Origin: the human T2T-CHM13v2.0 reference genome, Homo sapiens
Assembly: GCF_009914755.1 (NCBI RefSeq)
Contig: NC_060934.1
Strand: one strand, 5' to 3'
Length of the DNA: 64,000 nucleotides
Of this stretch, positions 27,198-41,029 are shown piece after piece. The notes beneath the pieces are model-generated. The model searched no databases, was not told where the DNA came from, and saw only the letters and a list, made by a program, of their open reading frames with translations. Position 1 is the first letter of the stretch, and the number at the start of each line of letters is the position of its first letter. The position numbers were made by a program, and so were the translations under genes.

Positions 27198-29713
27198 TGT
27201 TCTTTTTCTTTAAAAAAAAAAAAAAAAATCAGAGATTCTGGGATGTGTGAGCAGTGATGAGATCGAGAAAAAACTCACACAGCTCATATTTCTAACCTCT
27301 TCTTGACTCTCATACACTAGCTCACATGATTGACACACTGACTGCAAGTTTAGCATGGTTAGAAATAAGTCTAGACATTGAAGTATAAGAACAATGTTGT
27401 CTAAAAACTAAGTCATGTTTACTTAATGATCAATTAAGGTATTGCTCAGTCTATGTGACTAACCTTCAGTACATTTCGTATATTCATGCCCTCACAGGCT
27501 TCCCTTGCTTAAACTAGACTTTACATTTTTCAGAGCACTAAAAAAAAAAAAAAAAAAAAACTCCTAAAAATGTAGCTTGGTGACTAAATTATTTCCTAGT
27601 GCTACTGTGGAAAGAGGGGAGATCCTTCGGCCCTAAGTGAGTCTCATGACTGTTAAGCCTAGGAACTGATGGATTAGATCATTAGGTAAAATGCCTCTCT
27701 AAGTAAGATTTGCCAAGTTTCTAATGTTACTAATCTTTAGCGTACTGTAAAAATTGCTGTGGATTTACATGGAACAATTATTTTGAGTACAAGGAAGAAA
27801 ACCTCATTACTCAGAGTTATTACTAATAATCACCATCATTAACATTACTGGCAAGAGGGCAGTTATATGGCAAGTTACACTAGGTTAGTACCAGAGACAG
27901 AAAACAAAAAACCTTCCCCGAGGGCCGAGTCAGTGTACAATTTGCATAGACAATCTGCAGTAATGAGCTGTCTATTAAGAAGATCTGGAGCTCTGTTACC
28001 AGTCTCTTCAAAGAGGTGAATTTCCCATGAATTTAATAGTTATCTTGAAGACCTCTGAAGTTTTAGCTACCTGTAAATGCAATTGTTGCCTTTATTATTG
28101 TGGGTTTTTTGTTAAGGGAAATTTCATTCTCAAATTGATAGTGGGAAAACTTCGAAGCTATTTAAGGGAAATGAATTGTGAGGAGAGAAAAATATAGTAC
28201 AAGAGTGAGCTTTGCTCACAAACCAATGAACCAGTTCAGTTTCCAGAAAACTGCATTTTAGGTAAATTTTATTGTTTATAGGTATGTTAGTCTGAAACCC
28301 TTAATGAGGAAGCCCAGTAACCAAGAAAGGTTGTATTTCAATTTGATGACAATCTGTAATAAAATTTGTTTTTTCCCCTCCTGCCTCTCAGCAGATGAGA
28401 CATTGAACTTAAACTATAATAAAAAAGTGTATTTGGCTGTGCACCAACTATAAATGTCATTCATTAAGATTTGATAATATAGTTTATCATTGTGATGAAC
28501 TTTCCAGTTTTCTTGCTGAAACTGAATTTGAAACCTTGAAGGGTTTTCCACATTTTCTAGGACCTATGACTGATATGTCAGAAGATTTCAGTTTTGACAT
28601 CTTAGCATGTACATGATCAGTTGAAAGAAAAGGATTGTACTAAACACAGAGATGTTAAGCTGAGATTAAAACCACCAATGGCTAGTGTGTACTCTGTGCA
28701 TGATAACCATCTTGGTAAGAATCTCAAGAAAAGAATTGCCTACGTCAGAAAGATGGGTTTGATAAAATATAAATATAAGGTAAAACCAATTTGTGGGTTA
28801 ATTTCAAAGAATTGTACTGTGAACTGAAAATTATCTAAAATCTCTTACTTATTGGTAATACATTTAGAAATACTGATGACATAGAGTTTTTAAGTAAAAT
28901 CGTATGTAAGCAAGGCTTTTAGGAATGTGTACATATAAATATATATATTTTATTTTGCTGAGGGAATGGGATGTTTATGTTCTTTTCTATTTAAATTGCT
29001 GTACCTAGATACTTAGTTAGAAAACTATGCCAATAAAACATGTCTGCTATGTAAGAGCCCTTTTTCTAGAAAGACTTTTAAGTCATGATTCTAGTGTCAG
29101 AAAATTTGAAATGAGAAATATTCACTACATTTTCTTTCTCTGATAAACTATCCATAGATTTTCATTGGCTTTTGTTGTGCCTATGGATTTTCACTGGTGT
29201 AATATATTTCCCAGGGTTTAGAATATTAGCTTTACCATCAGATTGCTTGCTGACCTTAAATGCTTTATATTATTTTGAAATACTAATTTAGGTTTCTGAC
29301 TCAAAAGAGACATGGAAACACATAGTGTTTTGGAAACTACATTGTTAGAAACCTAATGGTTGAATTCCAGATTTGTCATTTTGCCAGCCAAAAAATTGGT
29401 TTAATAATAGATCCTATCTCATACGTTTGGTTAAAGGGTGAGTTGAGATCATGCATGTAAGGTACATGACAGATAAATACAGTTATTTCCGGCAATCATT
29501 AGTCTCAATAAGAAAATGATTCTCTTTTCTAAGATAGTCTAAGAAGTGGGAGGCTTCCAAACTAAGTGTCAGGACTTACCAGGTGGTAGGTGGGCCATGA
29601 TATTATCAATCCCCTCAGCCCCTCTGCACATAGACTGAGGCATCCGGAGTCCCTGGATGAGTCTTGCCCATGCTGCCTTGTAATATATTCCAAATATTAT
29701 CATTTTTAAAATC

Positions 29714-29839
29714 ATTTTTCCAAAGACAGGGGTCTCTCAAGGTTACCCAGGCAGGCATTGAACTCCTGGGCTCAAATGATTCTTTTACCTCAGCCTCCTG
29801 AGTAGCTGGGATTGAAGGTGCCCATCACCACGCCTGGCC
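29714..29839 (-). mobile_element. FLAM (free left Alu monomer)
   Basis: Single ~125-bp monomer: gaactcctgggctcaaatgattc...gtagctgggatt...ccacgcctggcc. Confidence 0.8.
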
Positions 29840-32800
29840 ACTTTTGTGTCTTCACATGAAAGCTATTGGAAATTATTGACTAAGGAACCTCATATGATGA
29901 AATTCTACGTTGAAAAGTTGAGGTAGAAAGTGGGCAGATAAATTTTCCTACTTAAGAATTATAAATCTATAGAGATAAAAGTTTATTATGAATGCTTAGG
30001 TGTCTGGATTTCTTTTGCTGTATTATTCATCTTCTAGTTTCCTGTCTTAATAGTCACCTTTTAGTGAACCTGTTCAAATAAGGACTTCAATGAATATCCT
30101 TATTGGGGTAAATCTCTATTCTCTGCTTCACTCCTTTTATACTTAATTTTGTGTGATAATTGCAAAATTTTAAAAAGGAATAGCACCCGGAGACTTTCAA
30201 TGTTTTGGACTGTAAAATAAAAGCATTATTCAATCAAATGTCTGATTAGATCTATGTACTTTTTCATCAAGAATCTTAGAAATATTGTGAAATATCTTCC
30301 TTTTGGTATTTCAAAAATTTTACTAAAGCATTTAGATCTGGAAGGCAAGATGCTAGGGAAAGAGCCAAATTCCTGGATTCTAAGTCCTGCTCTGTGGTTC
30401 ACATCACCTAGACCCGGGTGCACTGGGGAGAGGAGAATGAAATATTGACACAATTAATTCAAAATAACTAAATGTATAACTTCTAAATTATATTAAATTA
30501 ACAAAATGTATAATCGTTTTTACTAGAGTCTAGTGTACATACATTATCAAAGGTTGAGGAAGTTTTATGAGAAAAAAATCTGAAAATTGTTTTTTTTTTA
30601 TTACTAGTTGAGAGGTGCTGTCATTTTTTTGGCAGATTGTCTCAGTCCAATGGGTAGAACACAGATGTTCTTTTGAAGCAGAATTAGAGAACACCTAAAA
30701 TGGAAAATTTATTAGATGATATGGATCATAAAACCTATTTGCCACTATTATCATACTATTATCATTTTTTTAATGAAAATGACGGTAGAGAATTTGAAAA
30801 ATGAATCATTTACATAATTTCTTCAATTAACATTGTTTCAGTTGGTAGGTTCCTCTGTAGTCTCCATATAATTTCTTTCTTTGACCCCCATGTACTGTTG
30901 TGGGTTGATTTTTGAGTGTTTCTTTTTTAGTCAAAGAAATACAGAAAAATAGGTAATTGAATTTTTCTATGGGGGCGTCATCCTGGGCACAGCTCTTAGT
31001 CCTCTGGAGGCTCTAGAACAATACGTTTCTGAAAGGCAGATGAAATTGTATTTTCTTGAGGATATTATACTCATGTTAGGTCTCTATCAGTTATGAAATA
31101 TATTGTTGCTAAAGACACAAACTACATAAAAAGTGGAAAATTATACTTTGTCATCACAATAGTGTGGCAAATTTCAATTAGGCAGGAAAATAATTCTAGA
31201 AAGCTGAAATGCCAGAAATTAAAGAGATTTGCATAGTCTGTTTCTTGTCATGAGAATAAAACCTCATATATACACACTACAGAATGGAAATCACCTATTT
31301 CCCTTCAGCTCATCTTGCATTTATAGCCTAATTGAGAATTTTAGGAATAGTTGTTTCCCTTCGATGTGGCCTGTGCTAATACTTAAATGACTGCCTCACT
31401 TTAACTTTATTTATACATGAATAATATAAATGATTTTAAGGCAATTAAAGCATTTTAAAAAGTGGGAATGTAACCATGTTGGACTCTTTCTTACAATACA
31501 CTTGAACTGATTTGAAGACTTTCTCAGTCACCATTTGCTATCTTTTCATTTGCTCAAATGGCTGTAACTATTACCCTTTCCTCATGGTTCTTGTGTTCCA
31601 GACCTTCATTTTTCACTCCAGTGACTCTTCAGATCTTCTCAGATATCCCTACCTCTAGAAACTCCTTCCCTGTGAAAAATGGTTGAATGCATTATCTTGG
31701 AATAATTACCCCCATAATTATTGTTTACTTTTATATATTATTATTTGACTAATTGAAAAATATATTATCTCATTTACAGACTCAAAAACGATAGCTCTCT
31801 GTCTTCTTGCCTTCATATTCCCTTATGTCTTAATATTTCTCAAAACACCTTGGATCCGTTTCTATTTTTTAATGTTGCTCCTGCCCATGTTTCTAATGGT
31901 TCAAATATTTATTGGAATTTCTAAAAGCTTTCCTAAAAAACAAGGGACAGGAGTAAAACTCGGTATTTTTTCCCTCATCATTTCCTCTGATTAAGACTGA
32001 GTTTAAGATGATCACTGCTCCACTCACAGTAAATGGTAGTTACTCCAGATTCTTGTACTATAGTTGAAAAAGATCCATGCTTTATTTTCTCATTAGAAGA
32101 TTACTTAAGATTGTTTATCTTGTAGCCAGGGTTGTTAAAATAATGTCACTCAGTGATTAAATTGTGCAGTAGCACAAGGATTAAGGGTCTAATAGCTTTT
32201 TAAAGTAATGATGGATGCTTCATTATTTTTTACTTACTTAATACATGCTAGTTTATAATGTTGTATCTAAACTGTTCATGTTCTTAAACTGTGCATTACG
32301 TAATGCACTTCCAAACAATTCTTATTTGTCTAATTAATATACTAAGCTTACAATGTCCATCACATCCTACCTATTTTATCTTGGGAAAGCTATTTCACCT
32401 CCTGGAAGCTAAGTTTTCACATCTACGGAAGTGAAGAGAATAATTCAGACCTTATAGTGATTGTACGACTTTAAAGAAAGTGTTACTTGCAAACTTTGAT
32501 GTGGATGAAAGGTGGTCATGAGCAATAGAGTGGTTTACATTTGCCCTTGAGTTGCTAAAAATGAAAGAAAAGCACATGGGGTGAAAAACAGAAAAATGAT
32601 ATGAATGGCTACCTGTGTTTGGTGTCTTTGGTCTTTCTTTGGCAGATCCTTTTTGGAAAGAGCATCCTCAATTAAGATTTCAATTATTTCCCCCACCCCA
32701 TGATCTCTCTAGCTTTATTATATTTGAGTGAAGGGACATGGTCTTGGGTTAGTGGAGGATGTATATTAGAGACCAAATCATATTGACCATGGTTTCTTTA

Positions 32801-32947
32801 GGAACTTACCTAATGTCATTTTGAAAATGCAGTAAAGTGACAGGACTGAACACACATTCAAGGCAAGAGGACAAAGGCAGGTGTGGTGAATAAGACATGG
32901 GACAAAGAGGTATATCCAATGAGTATGGTCATTAATAGTCCTTTTCA

Positions 32948-33251
32948 GGCTGAGTGTGGTGGCTCACAACTGTAATCCCAGCACTTTGGGAGGCCGAGGA
33001 GTCAGGATGGCTTGAGCCCCAGAGTTCAGGACCAGGCTGGGCAACGTAGCGAGAACTCATTTCCGTGAAAAAAAAAAAATCAAATAAGTAGCTAAGCATG
33101 GTGGCATATGCCTGTAGTCTTAGCTACTTGGGAGGCTGCGGTGGGAAAATCACTTGAGCCCAGGAGGTTGAGGCTGCAGTTAGGTGTAATCATGCCACTG
33201 TACTCCAGCCTGTGTGACAGTGCAAGACCTTGTCTCAAAAATAAATATATA
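32948..33251 (+). mobile_element. AluJ (Jo-like)
   Basis: cttgagccc, gggcaacgtagcgaga, gaggctgcagt diagnostics; TSD aatagtccttttca at 32934 and 33252. Confidence 0.93.
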
Positions 33252-33269
33252 AATAGTCCTTTTCAGTTT

Positions 33270-33495
33270 TCTTTTCTACACTGTGAGTCAGAATCCATTC
33301 GTGAGTCATGAAACCAATTTAATGGGTTATAAACAGAGTCTTTTCTTTACAGTAAAGAAAAATAGAATAGAAAATATCAGGGTTTCTTTTTCAGTTATGT
33401 GTGTAAGTGTGTTACATACTATAGATTGTGGTTAAATAAAAAATAAAATCACAGTCATTTTCATCAATGTAACACATAGGACCAGAAAAGTTGCT
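33270..33495. mobile_element. Probable hAT-family MER DNA transposon fragment
   Basis: gagtcatgaaaccaatttaatggg...aatagaatagaaaatatcag resembles recalled hAT MER consensus. Confidence 0.4.
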
Positions 33496-34753
33496 AGGTG
33501 GGCTTCATAAGGTGAAAGCTACAGTTCGAGATGAGCACCTTGGATAGCTCCAAAATAAACTAAATAGTGGCTTTGGCTGACTGAAACTAAGGCTGTTTGA
33601 TCTGAAGTTAGCTGATGTCCACAAGAATAGTACACTCTCAAGGTAGACCCATGTTAATCATAAAGTGATAGAACTAACTTTGTTTAGAGCTTTGCCTTCA
33701 TCTTGGAAGTCTCCTTAGATTTATTTTCTGTGGGTAGTAATCCAAATATATCCAAGAAAATATTTAGATCCCTAATTAAATAAATCGATACGTTGGTGTT
33801 ATTCCTTGAGTTTCTTGAGTTTACCTTCAAATGGTATTGCTCTGTTCTGAAATACTCTCAGCAATCAAATTCTCTGCCTAGATAACCCCCTGCCCCTAGC
33901 ATAGTCCTAGTCCACTTCTAGCCATGCACATTTTAGTAAGTCAGTGAGATATTGTGTGAAAATCACTCAACTTAAAGCATACTAAAAAGGTGTTTTGTCT
34001 CATCTCTGTTATTAGTTTTGAAACCTTGGGCTAACTACTTAAACTGCCTGAAATCACAACTTTCTTATCCATAAAATGGATTATGGATTGATAAATCCAT
34101 ATGTGTCTTATTTAATTTGTAGATCATTGGTGAAAGTGAGATGATGCATGTAAAAAGCATTTAGTAAAAGCTAATGATACTCAGAAACATAAAATATTAT
34201 CATCTAGTCCACATATATCTTAAAATTTTATATTTTCTATTTAATTGTGAAATTATTTCCCACAAGATAAATTAGGTTCAGGATTATGAGGTAAGATGGC
34301 AAAATATTTTGAAACTGGACTTTCTGGTAATTTCTTTTTATTTTCCATGTCATCTCCTTCCTAGGAAATTCAACCTATTTCCCCAAAGAAAACAAGCTGT
34401 GGGGTGATTTCCTGCTTACATTTAGAAAATTATTTCTACAAGACTCTGGGATATATGATAAATAAAAACGGTGTCTAGATATTGTTAGCTCTTTCTAGTC
34501 ATAACTCTGTTTCTAAAATTCTACTCTATCCACTCTTAAGATCATCTTTTGGAGTGTTGACTTGGGTTTTTCATTCTTCTTTGCTCACATGTGGCCTTAG
34601 CTCTCCCTTCCACTTTCCAAAGAACATTATGCCTGGGATCCCATTTGATTCCCTTTATGCCAGCCCCATTACTCTCTATTGCCTTTGGAAAGTCTTCCAA
34701 ACTACTCTACTGTTTGCTGATGGTATCTACCATCTACCATCATGGTTTCAGTG

Positions 34754-35274
34754 CGTATTAGTCAGGATTCTCCAGAGAAACAGAACCAATAGGAGATATC
34801 TCTATCTCCATCTCTCTCTCTATCACTATCATTTCTATCTCTATCTTAAATGAGGTTTTTATAGGGAATTGGCTTATGTGATTACAGAGGCTGAGATGTC
34901 CCAGGATCTTCTGTCTGCAAGCTGGAGACACAGGAAAGCTGGTATAATTCCAGTCTCTAAAGGCCCAAGAACTCAGAAGCACTATGGCATAAGTCCCAGT
35001 TCAAGTCCAAAGGCAGAAGAACACTGATGCTTCAGCCCAAGTAGTCAGGCAGAGTTAATTTAACCATCCTCAGCCCTTTTATTCTATCTGAGTCCTCAAC
35101 AGGTTGGATAATGCCCACCCACATTGGGGAGGGCCATCTGCTTTATTCAGTCCACCAATTCAACTGCTAATTTCTTCCAGAAATTCCTCAGAGACATGCC
35201 CAGAAATAATGTTTATCCAGATATGTGGGCATCTCATGGCCCAGTCAAGTTGACACATAAAATTAACCAGCCTA
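34754..35274 (-). mobile_element. MLT2B-like ERVL solo LTR
   Basis: gtattagtcaggattctccagagaaacagaaccaatagga start; ccagtcaagttgacacataaaattaacca end. Confidence 0.9.
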
Positions 35275-35961
35275 CCTGTTATTTTGCTTCCTACATTCTT
35301 TCTCTTATCCACCATAAATTAGCGTTTATAAGCATAGGAGAATATCTATTTGCTAATCCCTCCAGTTTACTGCTGTGGACAATCTGAGCACAGGCCCCCA
35401 CATTTCCCTTTTAAAATAGGAGAATTTTAAAGTACAAGCATAATTTTTAGGGATACATAGTAGGTGCATATATTTATGGGGTACATGAGATATGTTGATA
35501 AGTCCTATGTGACGTACAGGATAAAAACACAGGTTTACTTCTTTTAATATCCACAGTCTCTGCATTAATCACTTAAGCTGAGGCCCTGGGCCAGGTATGA
35601 GTGCCATATTCCTTCCCATATATTTCTTCTTTTGATTAGTAGGCAATGTTCATGACTTGTTTGTTCTTCACTGTGACACACCTGATATTCTGTATAGTAT
35701 TGAACTTCCTCTTTTTCCGTTTTTTTGTTTTGTTTTGTTTTTAGTCTTTCTGCTTTAAATCCTTCTTAATCAAATCAGGCAGTGTTTGTGTGATTTAATT
35801 TTGCACAAGCCCACACCCTCCTGGAGATGACCAACTGTGGTTTGTTCTCGTACACTGAGATGGTAAGATGAGTCCTGTGCATTCCTATCTTGGCAAAAGC
35901 TCCTTTATCAAGCCTGTTTCAGCACTGGACCCTATACCCAAACTTGAGAGACAGGTTTTAT

Positions 35962-36612
35962 TGGAACGCTTTTACACTATTGGTATGAGTGTGAATTAGT
36001 TCAGCCATTGTATAAGACAGTGTGGCAATTCCTCAAAGATCTAGAACCAAAAATATCATTTGATCCTACAACCCCATTACTGGGTATATACCCAAGGGAT
36101 TATAAATCATTCTACTATAAAGACACATACACACGTATGTTTATTGCAGCACTATTTACAATAGCAAAGACTTGGAACCAACCCAAATGCCCATCAATGA
36201 TAGACTGGATAAAGCAAATGTGGCACATATACACAATGGAATACTATGCAGCCACAAAAAAGAATGAGTTCATGTCCTTTGCAGGGACATGGATCAAGCT
36301 GGAAGCCATCATTCTCAGCAAACTAACACAGGAACAGAAAACCAAACACTGTAGGTTCTCACTCACAAGTGGGAGTTGAACAATGAGAACACATGGACAC
36401 AGGGAGGGGAACATCACACACTGGGGCCTGTTGGGGGATTGGGGGGCAAGGTTGGGGGAGAGCATTAGGACAAACACCTAATGAATGGGGGGCTTAAAAC
36501 CTAGATGGTGGGTTGATAGGTGCAGCAAACCACCATGGCCCATATGTATACCTATGTAACAAACCTGCACGTTCTGCACATGCAACCCAGAACTTAAAGT
36601 AAAATAAAAAAA
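35962..36612 (+). mobile_element. L1PA (L1PA8-10-like) 3' fragment
   Basis: ORF2 C-terminal peptide (ORF 36008-36379 ...MFIAALFTIAKTWNQPKCPS...) plus L1PA 3' UTR and A tail. Confidence 0.92.
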
Positions 36613-37123
36613 AGTTACAGATCTCAGACAGTATGCTGGGAGATTAATGAAACACATTCTGGAGCAGAGGGGGGATTTTAAAAAAAAGAGGTTTTAGAGA
36701 TCACTGTTTATAGATCCGTATCTACTCCATAAATAGTTTCTGATTCTCTTTTCGAGGGAAACTCTTTTTGGGGATGATTCTTTTATACTTTTTTAAAACT
36801 AGAAGAAAAAAGGTGCCAAACAATGTTTCAAAAACTCATTTTAAAAGAGGAATGTGCCCAGATTGTCTACGAGAGTAACCTGGAGAGAATAGCAAATAAG
36901 TGTTCTTCTATACTTGTAAATGCTAAGCTATGGGTGAGTGCGAGAGAGAATGTGGGAAACAGAGTAACAGCGGGAGTCAGAAGATCTATTGTTGTAAATA
37001 TGACCATGAAATTGGGAAAATATAAGAGAAAGTAGTAAGAATATTGGTATGAGGGTGAGAGGCAAACCTAAAGGGGCCATTTTAAAAATGAATATACATT
37101 GTTTCAGGCCACAGAAGTTTCTT

Positions 37124-37433
<310 letters not shown>

Positions 37434-37476
37434 TAAAGAAACTCATTTCCAGTCTGAAACAGAAAAATATAATCTT

Positions 37477-37700
37477 TAAAAATTTATTTTAATGTTTTCA
37501 TTTTTAGGGGTACATAGTAGGTGTATATATTTACAGGGTATATGAGATATTTTGATACAGGCATACAATGTATAATGATCATATCTGAGGCATCCATTAC
37601 CTCAAGCGTTTATCCTTTCTTTGTGTTACAAACATTCCAACGTATAATAAGTTACTGTTGTGCTATCAAATACTAGATCTTATTCCTTCCATCTTACCGT
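37477..37700 (-). mobile_element. L1MA extreme 3' fragment
   Basis: gggtacatagtaggtgtatatattta...gatattttgatacaggcat; TSD aaaatataatctt at 37464 and 37704. Confidence 0.8.
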
Positions 37701-37904
37701 AGCAAAATATAATCTTGATGATAGTAATTCAGCCACCTCCTAATATAATATGTATCCCTATGAGTAGATAGTAAAATGAGGATTCTTCACTATCATCCTC
37801 TCTTAATTTCTATTTCTTTGTGGTTATCTGTGGAAGGGAAGAGAGGAGAGCATTATTCTGGGAGACAGTTCTGCTCTATGTCCAGGTCTGGGGTTTTCAC
37901 TTCT

Positions 37905-37976
37905 GCTCTTGCCACCAGCATCTGATGTTTCCATATTGTGGCTCTTGCCACAAGCATCTGATGTTTCCATATTGTG
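37905..37976. repeat. 36-bp tandem duplication (2 copies, 1 mismatch)
   Basis: gctcttgccac(c/a)agcatctgatgtttccatattgtg twice. Confidence 0.95.
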
Positions 37977-40029
37977 GCGCGTCCTCCATCTTGTATGAGG
38001 TGGGCTGTATGTGCTGGTTGGAGTCCTTGGCTGTGTTCTTGAAGCCTCTTTCAGTTGAATGGGGGTCTCAGTCAAGTCCATGTCCCCCAGGGCCGTGCGA
38101 AACTTTCAAATGCTTACTCACAGGGTGCATAGGGCTCTAGGCCTTCGGAGCCTACCTTTGTGACTACTCACTTAACTCAGCCATTGTTATTTTAATACTT
38201 GGACCAGTCTCTAAAGCCTTTCAGCCAGAGGCTACCACCTGGAGACTAAGGCACAAACACCTCTGTTCTTTCATTTCCTTTAACCCTATCTTAGGTTTTT
38301 GTTAATTTAATTTTCCCTAGAACTTACTTCAAAGTCAAGGCTGGGATTGGGAAGAGGCAAGAGTCCTATACTAGCCTTTAACTTGGTTTCCTCCAGTCTG
38401 AGATTCCTCTATATTCCTTCCACAGGCCAGATAATGTCATATCCTCTCCGTGGGGGAGAACATGCTCTTACTTCTCTGTGCATTCCCCTCATGGTTTGAC
38501 TTATGATATAAAATCTATAATCTGAGTCTTCCAGCACTTAACAGTTAAAATGAAAAGCATGCTTTTGGAATGCAAAAATATATTCCCCCGCTTCAAGCCT
38601 TTGGCTGCCTCATCTTTCACTCACTCACTGTGTTGACTTGGACTAGTTACTTAGAGTCACGACCTGCTGGAAACAGGGACAACACAAATGCCTAACCTAC
38701 TGAATTATTTTGAGAATTAAACAAAGGTAACACATAAAGATCCAGGTAGAGTTCCTGACTGTAGTAGGCTTTCAATAAAGATTAGTCATTGACTCTAATG
38801 CAATTAATATTCCTGAGGCGTATCCACAGTAGGACTAGTTTGGAAACTATTTTAAAATTAAAATTGCACTTGAAAAGAATGTAATACATTCTTGGTATTT
38901 GAAGTGATAAATTTTTAATTTTTGAAAAGTGAGTGTGGCATGATGTGATTTGTAATTTTGCATAGTCATGAATTGGAATGTACCAGTGATGTTGACTATG
39001 CAGGGCAGAGTCACTTAGATAGTTAATTGAACCTCCCCTGAGGGATGCTTAATAGCATCCTAATATAATCTTCTGTTTTTAAATGTATTATCGAATTTCG
39101 TATTTTGGGGACTCACTGGGGCTCCCAGAGTATATACTTCATGCTACAGTTCTAGTGTAGTTACTACTACTCTGAAATAGGTAGACAATTTTCTCCTCTT
39201 TGACTCAGTTTAGCAAGATCATAATAGAAATGAAGGGAAATACTTGCTTTATTACAGAGTTAATTGGTAATATAAAATGCATTAAGATCCTTGAATATAA
39301 TGTTTAAAAATAATTAAAAAGAAATTACTGTCGTATTAATATATTTCTATAACAATGTTCCTTGATTATCTTCAACTTCGTTATTGCACTTAACGGTGTC
39401 TTAAATATACATTCATGATATAAGGCATGATTATATTCTCTCAAAGTTTGTTTCCATTATCTTCTTATCCACTGCATTTTTTCTAATTAAACTTTTTATT
39501 GCATTTTCATTACCCAGACATAAAAATAATTTCAGATTATTATACCAAACATTCAATTACAATATAAGAATTCTTGAATTATGATATATTTAAAACATCT
39601 TTGCAGCTGTCTTTCCAACCTATAATTACTTAATCCCGTCTATAACTACAGGGCTGATTTTAACACATAAACCACAAATGATAATTGCTTTATTCTCCCA
39701 AATTTAATTTTCCTCCATATTCCATGCAATTAAATCAAAAGGAAGAGATGCTACTTATACTTTCAATTTTAGTTACCAAATTGGAACTTTCCATATTACA
39801 TATTAGTGGGCCATCAATGCAGCTGGTCACTAAAAAAAGAGATTGGTCAATATTTTAACAGAACAAAAGTTGCATGATTTAATTACTATAGTAATAAAAT
39901 TTGAATATGCGAAGTAACTAGTTTTTGTGGGAGCTGCCATTCTTGGAAACTAATAATTTGGGACTGTGGAAAGTTTCCCAGCCTGCTGTGTTTAGGAGGT
40001 CTGGACTTTCAACCATCTTAGTTGAGCCG

Positions 40030-40320
40030 CATTTTTTTAAAAAATTGAAAATTTATCATAGTACAGAAAAGCAGCTCATATATACGTAGAACTTAAAGAA
40101 GATTGTAAAACAAACCTCCATGTGCACATTCCAGATTAAGAATTAGAATATTACAAGTACTTTAGAAATCTCTTTGCTTTTCCACAATCATGTGCTTCTT
40201 GCAATCTCAAGAAAACCATTTCCTTGCACGATATGCTGCCCATCCCCTCCTTTTTCTTTAAAAATTTATCATCTGTGTTTATAGGCCTGAATGATATGTG
40301 CTTCACTTTTTAAAAAAACG
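40030..40320 (-). mobile_element. L1ME-like 3' fragment
   Basis: gtacagaaaag...ccagattaagaattagaatattac antisense L1ME 3' motifs. Confidence 0.5.
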
Positions 40321-41029
40321 AGTAGCCAGCACACCCTAGCTATATAAAGGAAAGGCAATACTTACATTGTTAGATGAAGGCTTCCAGAAAAACAGTTTCT
40401 AATAATTTGGTTTAGGTCTCTTTAACGATACAAGAGCCCCTGTGTAATGAGCAAGGTTATGTGTGAATCTTGCATTGAGGCATGGGCAGAGTTTACCAGG
40501 GTTATGGCTTTTAGTGCTGGACCAAGTACTGGTATTCTATTAATATATGGTGTCTACTTTTGCCCACTGAGCTTATTCTGTACTTTATACCTCTACCTCT
40601 CAGACGTAGGTTATAGCAAAACACTTCTGGAATGGTATGAAGGAGAATGTGTGTTATCAGCTAATCCAGGTAGGAAGGCATAGAGACAAGAACAATAAAT
40701 TCATCAGTACAGGATTAACACAGATTCAGAAGAGATACGGAGCTGGACCAGTCTCAGCTAGACATTTCACTATCAGATTCTGATGGCAGTATCATACCAA
40801 TGAAACTCTTAGTAATGGCAGCCCTCAATATGTCTGTTTCTAGAGTCACACTGCTACAACCTCTCCAATTTTGGATCTTCCTTTTATCTTCCTCCAAGTC
40901 TGTTCTGTCTCTTGTATCTGTATTTCATATCTATTTTAAATTTATTTTTTGTTTTGGACGAGTATATTCTGTTGCTAGTGGAAGAACTGTTAGAAAGACA
41001 GTCAATATTAGAGAACACTGTATTCTACT

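Noticed and set aside
36008-36379. 123-aa ORF
   Set aside because: L1 ORF2 C-terminal remnant
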